From: Betaproteobacteria bacterium
Lineage (GTDB): Bacteria; Pseudomonadota; Gammaproteobacteria; Burkholderiales; SG8-41
Direction: 5' to 3'
DNA length: 40,722 bases
NCBI GenBank assembly: GCA_016202565.1
Contig: JACQOK010000197.1
Span: forward strand, 1-40,722
Under the pieces are notes generated by a model. The model ran no database searches and was not told the DNA's origin. It saw nothing but the letters and a program-made list of their open reading frames with translations. Positions within the stretch are counted from its first letter, which is position 1, and every line of letters begins with the position of its first letter. The position numbers and the translations under genes were made by a program. Shown one piece after another: positions 38,795-40,722 of the stretch.

Positions 38795-39302
38795 ACCGCC
38801 CCGCGAGCAAGGAGGCTTCACCTATCTCGCGCTGCTGATCGCAGTGGCGCTGATCGGCGTGGGTCTTGTTGCCACGAGCGCGGTCTGGTCGCAGTCGCGC
38901 CAGCGTGAAAAGGAACAGGAACTGCTGTTCATCGGCAACCAGTTCCGGCAGGCGATCAAGCGCTACTATCAGCGCACCCCGGGCGCGGTCAAGCGCTACC
39001 CTGCGAAGCTGGAGGATCTGCTCGAAGACAAGCGCTATCTCACCAGGCAAAGGTACCTGCGGAGGATCTACGTCGACCCGCTCACCGGGAAAGCGGGGTG
39101 GGGGCTGATTCCGGCCCCGGGTGGGGGCGTCATGGGCGTCTACAGTCTGTCGAACGAAAAGCCGATCAAGACCGGTGGATTCACGGAGGAAGACCAGGCC
39201 TTCGAGGGTGCGAAGCGTTATTCCGAGTGGCGGTTCATCTACCAGCCCCTGGCGACGGCCGCATTGCAGGCACCCCCGCCACCCCGGGCGCCGGCACGCT
39301 AG
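38781..39302 (+). CDS. T2SS minor pseudopilin lacking Glu5 (GspK-like tip)
   Basis: G|FTYLALLI has no E5. Also LEDLLEDKR...YLRRIYVDP. Confidence 0.75.
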   Translation: MTNGRPPREQGGFTYLALLIAVALIGVGLVATSAVWSQSRQREKEQELLFIGNQFRQAIKRYYQRTPGAVKRYPAKLEDLLEDKRYLTRQRYLRRIYVDPLTGKAGWGLIPAPGGGVMGVYSLSNEKPIKTGGFTEEDQAFEGAKRYSEWRFIYQPLATAALQAPPPPRAPAR

Positions 39303-39517
39303 AAGGTAAGCCGCGCGCTAACGCTGAGAATGGTCGTGTCGTAGTCCCGGAAGGGGTGGTTCGACGTGCGGTTTTCGTAGCGCACGCCCGCAAACTGGCA
39401 GGTCGATCCGGCCACCCCCGTCCGTTGGGTCAAATGCCGGGGTCCGGTCAGAGCATTGGGAAGGTGGCCGCCGCGGAACTCAAAGCCGCGTTGCGGGGAC
39501 TGGTCACGGTTACGCAT
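39299..39517 (-). pseudogene. C-terminal remnant of an outer-membrane beta-barrel (EpsL-like)
   Basis: GVRYENRTSNHPFRDYDTTILSVSARLTF-stop has alternating terminal strands and a terminal Phe, but no signal peptide or barrel body. Confidence 0.55.
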
Positions 39518-39679
39518 GCACCGTCAGCGGTGCAGACATGCCGCCCACCCCTCGCGCGACTGCCGTGCTGGTTCCGCGAGCGACCGGTTACAAGAATGAA
39601 TCAGCCGCGTGACAATCGTGCGGCTTGCTTTGGGATCGCAGATGGGCGGATCGAACTAGAGCCTGCCGGCGGACGCATC

Positions 39680-39800
39680 TCAGGGATTGAGGATACGCAG
39701 TGCGAGGGCTTTGCCGATAGCCTGCGTGCGGTTGAGCACATTGAGCTTGCGCCGGATCTTCTGCACGTGATTCGTCACCGTCAGGAGTGTGAAATGGCGG
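39680..39800 (-). pseudogene. C-terminal remnant of a LuxR-type HTH regulator (EpsA-like)
   Basis: LTVTNHVQKIRRKLNVLNRTQAIGKALALRIL matches the LuxR TVKNHxxxIxxKLxVxNRxQA motif. The first HTH helices are missing. Confidence 0.65.
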
Positions 39801-39854
39801 CCACGCGCGGCAAGATGCTGTTCCAACGGAAAAAGCACTCGCGTGTCCCGGCCG

Positions 39855-40067
39855 TTACTCGTACCAGATCTCACGCTGGACCGTTCCGTCCCTGAACTGC
39901 ACCCGGATGATGCTGGGTATCGCTCTCAGGGCGAGAGCAATCGCGTAATCTTCAGCCTCCTGCTGCGTGGGAAATGACCATGGGACATCATGCGTGGTCT
40001 TGATGCACCAGCGGCCTTCAGGGGTCGCCGATACGACGTAGATGCGCTTCGTATTGGAACGATGCAT
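39855..40067 (-). CDS. Small DUF2188-like protein
   Basis: GGAGG RBS and YVVSATPEGRWCI...FPTQQEAEDYA...IRVQFRDGTVQRE pattern. Confidence 0.6.
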   Translation of the reverse strand: MHRSNTKRIYVVSATPEGRWCIKTTHDVPWSFPTQQEAEDYAIALALRAIPSIIRVQFRDGTVQREIWYE

Positions 40068-40307
40068 AGGATCGAGTTCCTCCAGTTGATGCATGAACGA
40101 GCGCTCCATCCATCTCGCCGGGAGATTTTTCTCCGGGCTACTGACGCAACCACAGCGTAGACAAGTCAATATGCACCGCGTCGTGCTGAACTGCGGTCGG
40201 GGATTAGTCCGATCGAGCTACCGGGGCGCGGCTGTCGATACATAGGCGGCAACATCAACCGTCTTATCCTTTCAACTCCGCATGTTCCATGGATGATCAC
40301 GACAGCG

Positions 40308-40595
40308 ATGCGCCAATCGACAATGAGCAGAGAAGAGATGATTCGCAGGCTGGTAGCGTTTTCGGTGCGGTCGGCACTCCAGCAATCGCAGCCTTACTGG
40401 CTGAACGAGTTGTTCGAGAAGGGTTTTTCCGGTTACAGGAATTTCTCCGACGGCAAGCTGCGCCGGGAGCTGCAACTGCGCGGGTTGGACGAGACGGATG
40501 AAATGGATGCCGACGACGAGCCCGAAGAGCCTGTCCTGGACGAATTGACCGACTCGATTTCCGGTCTTGTGAGAGACAGCGAGCGAATGGAATGA
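40308..40595 (+). CDS. Hypothetical protein with acidic C-terminus
   Basis: Protein-like ORF (MSREEMIRRLV...GFSGYRNFSD...RELQLRGL). Start could be 40293, 40308 or 40323. Confidence 0.55.
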   Translation: MRQSTMSREEMIRRLVAFSVRSALQQSQPYWLNELFEKGFSGYRNFSDGKLRRELQLRGLDETDEMDADDEPEEPVLDELTDSISGLVRDSERME

Positions 40596-40722
40596 CTAGA
40601 ACCTATCTCAATAATAGGCGCGTGATGCGTTGTGGCCAAAACGTGATGAATGCGAGGAGCGGGGCGCAGTTAATATCGCGAATATTAACAAGACCCGCGA
40701 CAACGCAGGCGCGCGTTTTGGC

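Noticed and set aside
39098-39895. 265-aa plus-strand ORF
   Set aside because: It overlaps a pseudopilin out of frame, runs antisense to the relics, and has no motifs.

Overview
GC-rich DNA, most likely betaproteobacterial (inferred from the EpsE/F/G and EpsA/EpsL-type genes), made of two divergent arms. The left arm (1-22897, mostly minus strand, with two plus-strand cassettes) is a Wzx/Wzy-type exopolysaccharide locus. It carries epsE-epsF-epsG export and chain-length genes, a polymerase/ligase, an AsnB-type amidotransferase, three GT4 glycosyltransferases, a flippase, uronic-acid precursor enzymes (AlgD-like, Ugd, UDP-GlcA epimerase, WbpP-like), a heparinase II/III-like protein, a deacetylase, a CapK-like ligase and an AT-richer transglutaminase-like membrane protein. 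The right arm (23874-39302, plus strand) is a type II secretion operon containing two probable cargo genes: a ~1480-aa PL15-like/3xFN3/PL1-like tandem lyase protein and a beta-helix protein inserted after gspE, with a visible duplication scar. Between the arms are phased TGTCG-N8-CGACA boxes, an IHF site and sigma-54 promoters (strong rightward, weaker leftward). Beyond the T2SS are decayed remnants of epsL- and epsA-like genes and two small genes. No rRNA, tRNA, CRISPR or transposase was seen. All family assignments come from recognising motifs by eye, not from database searches.
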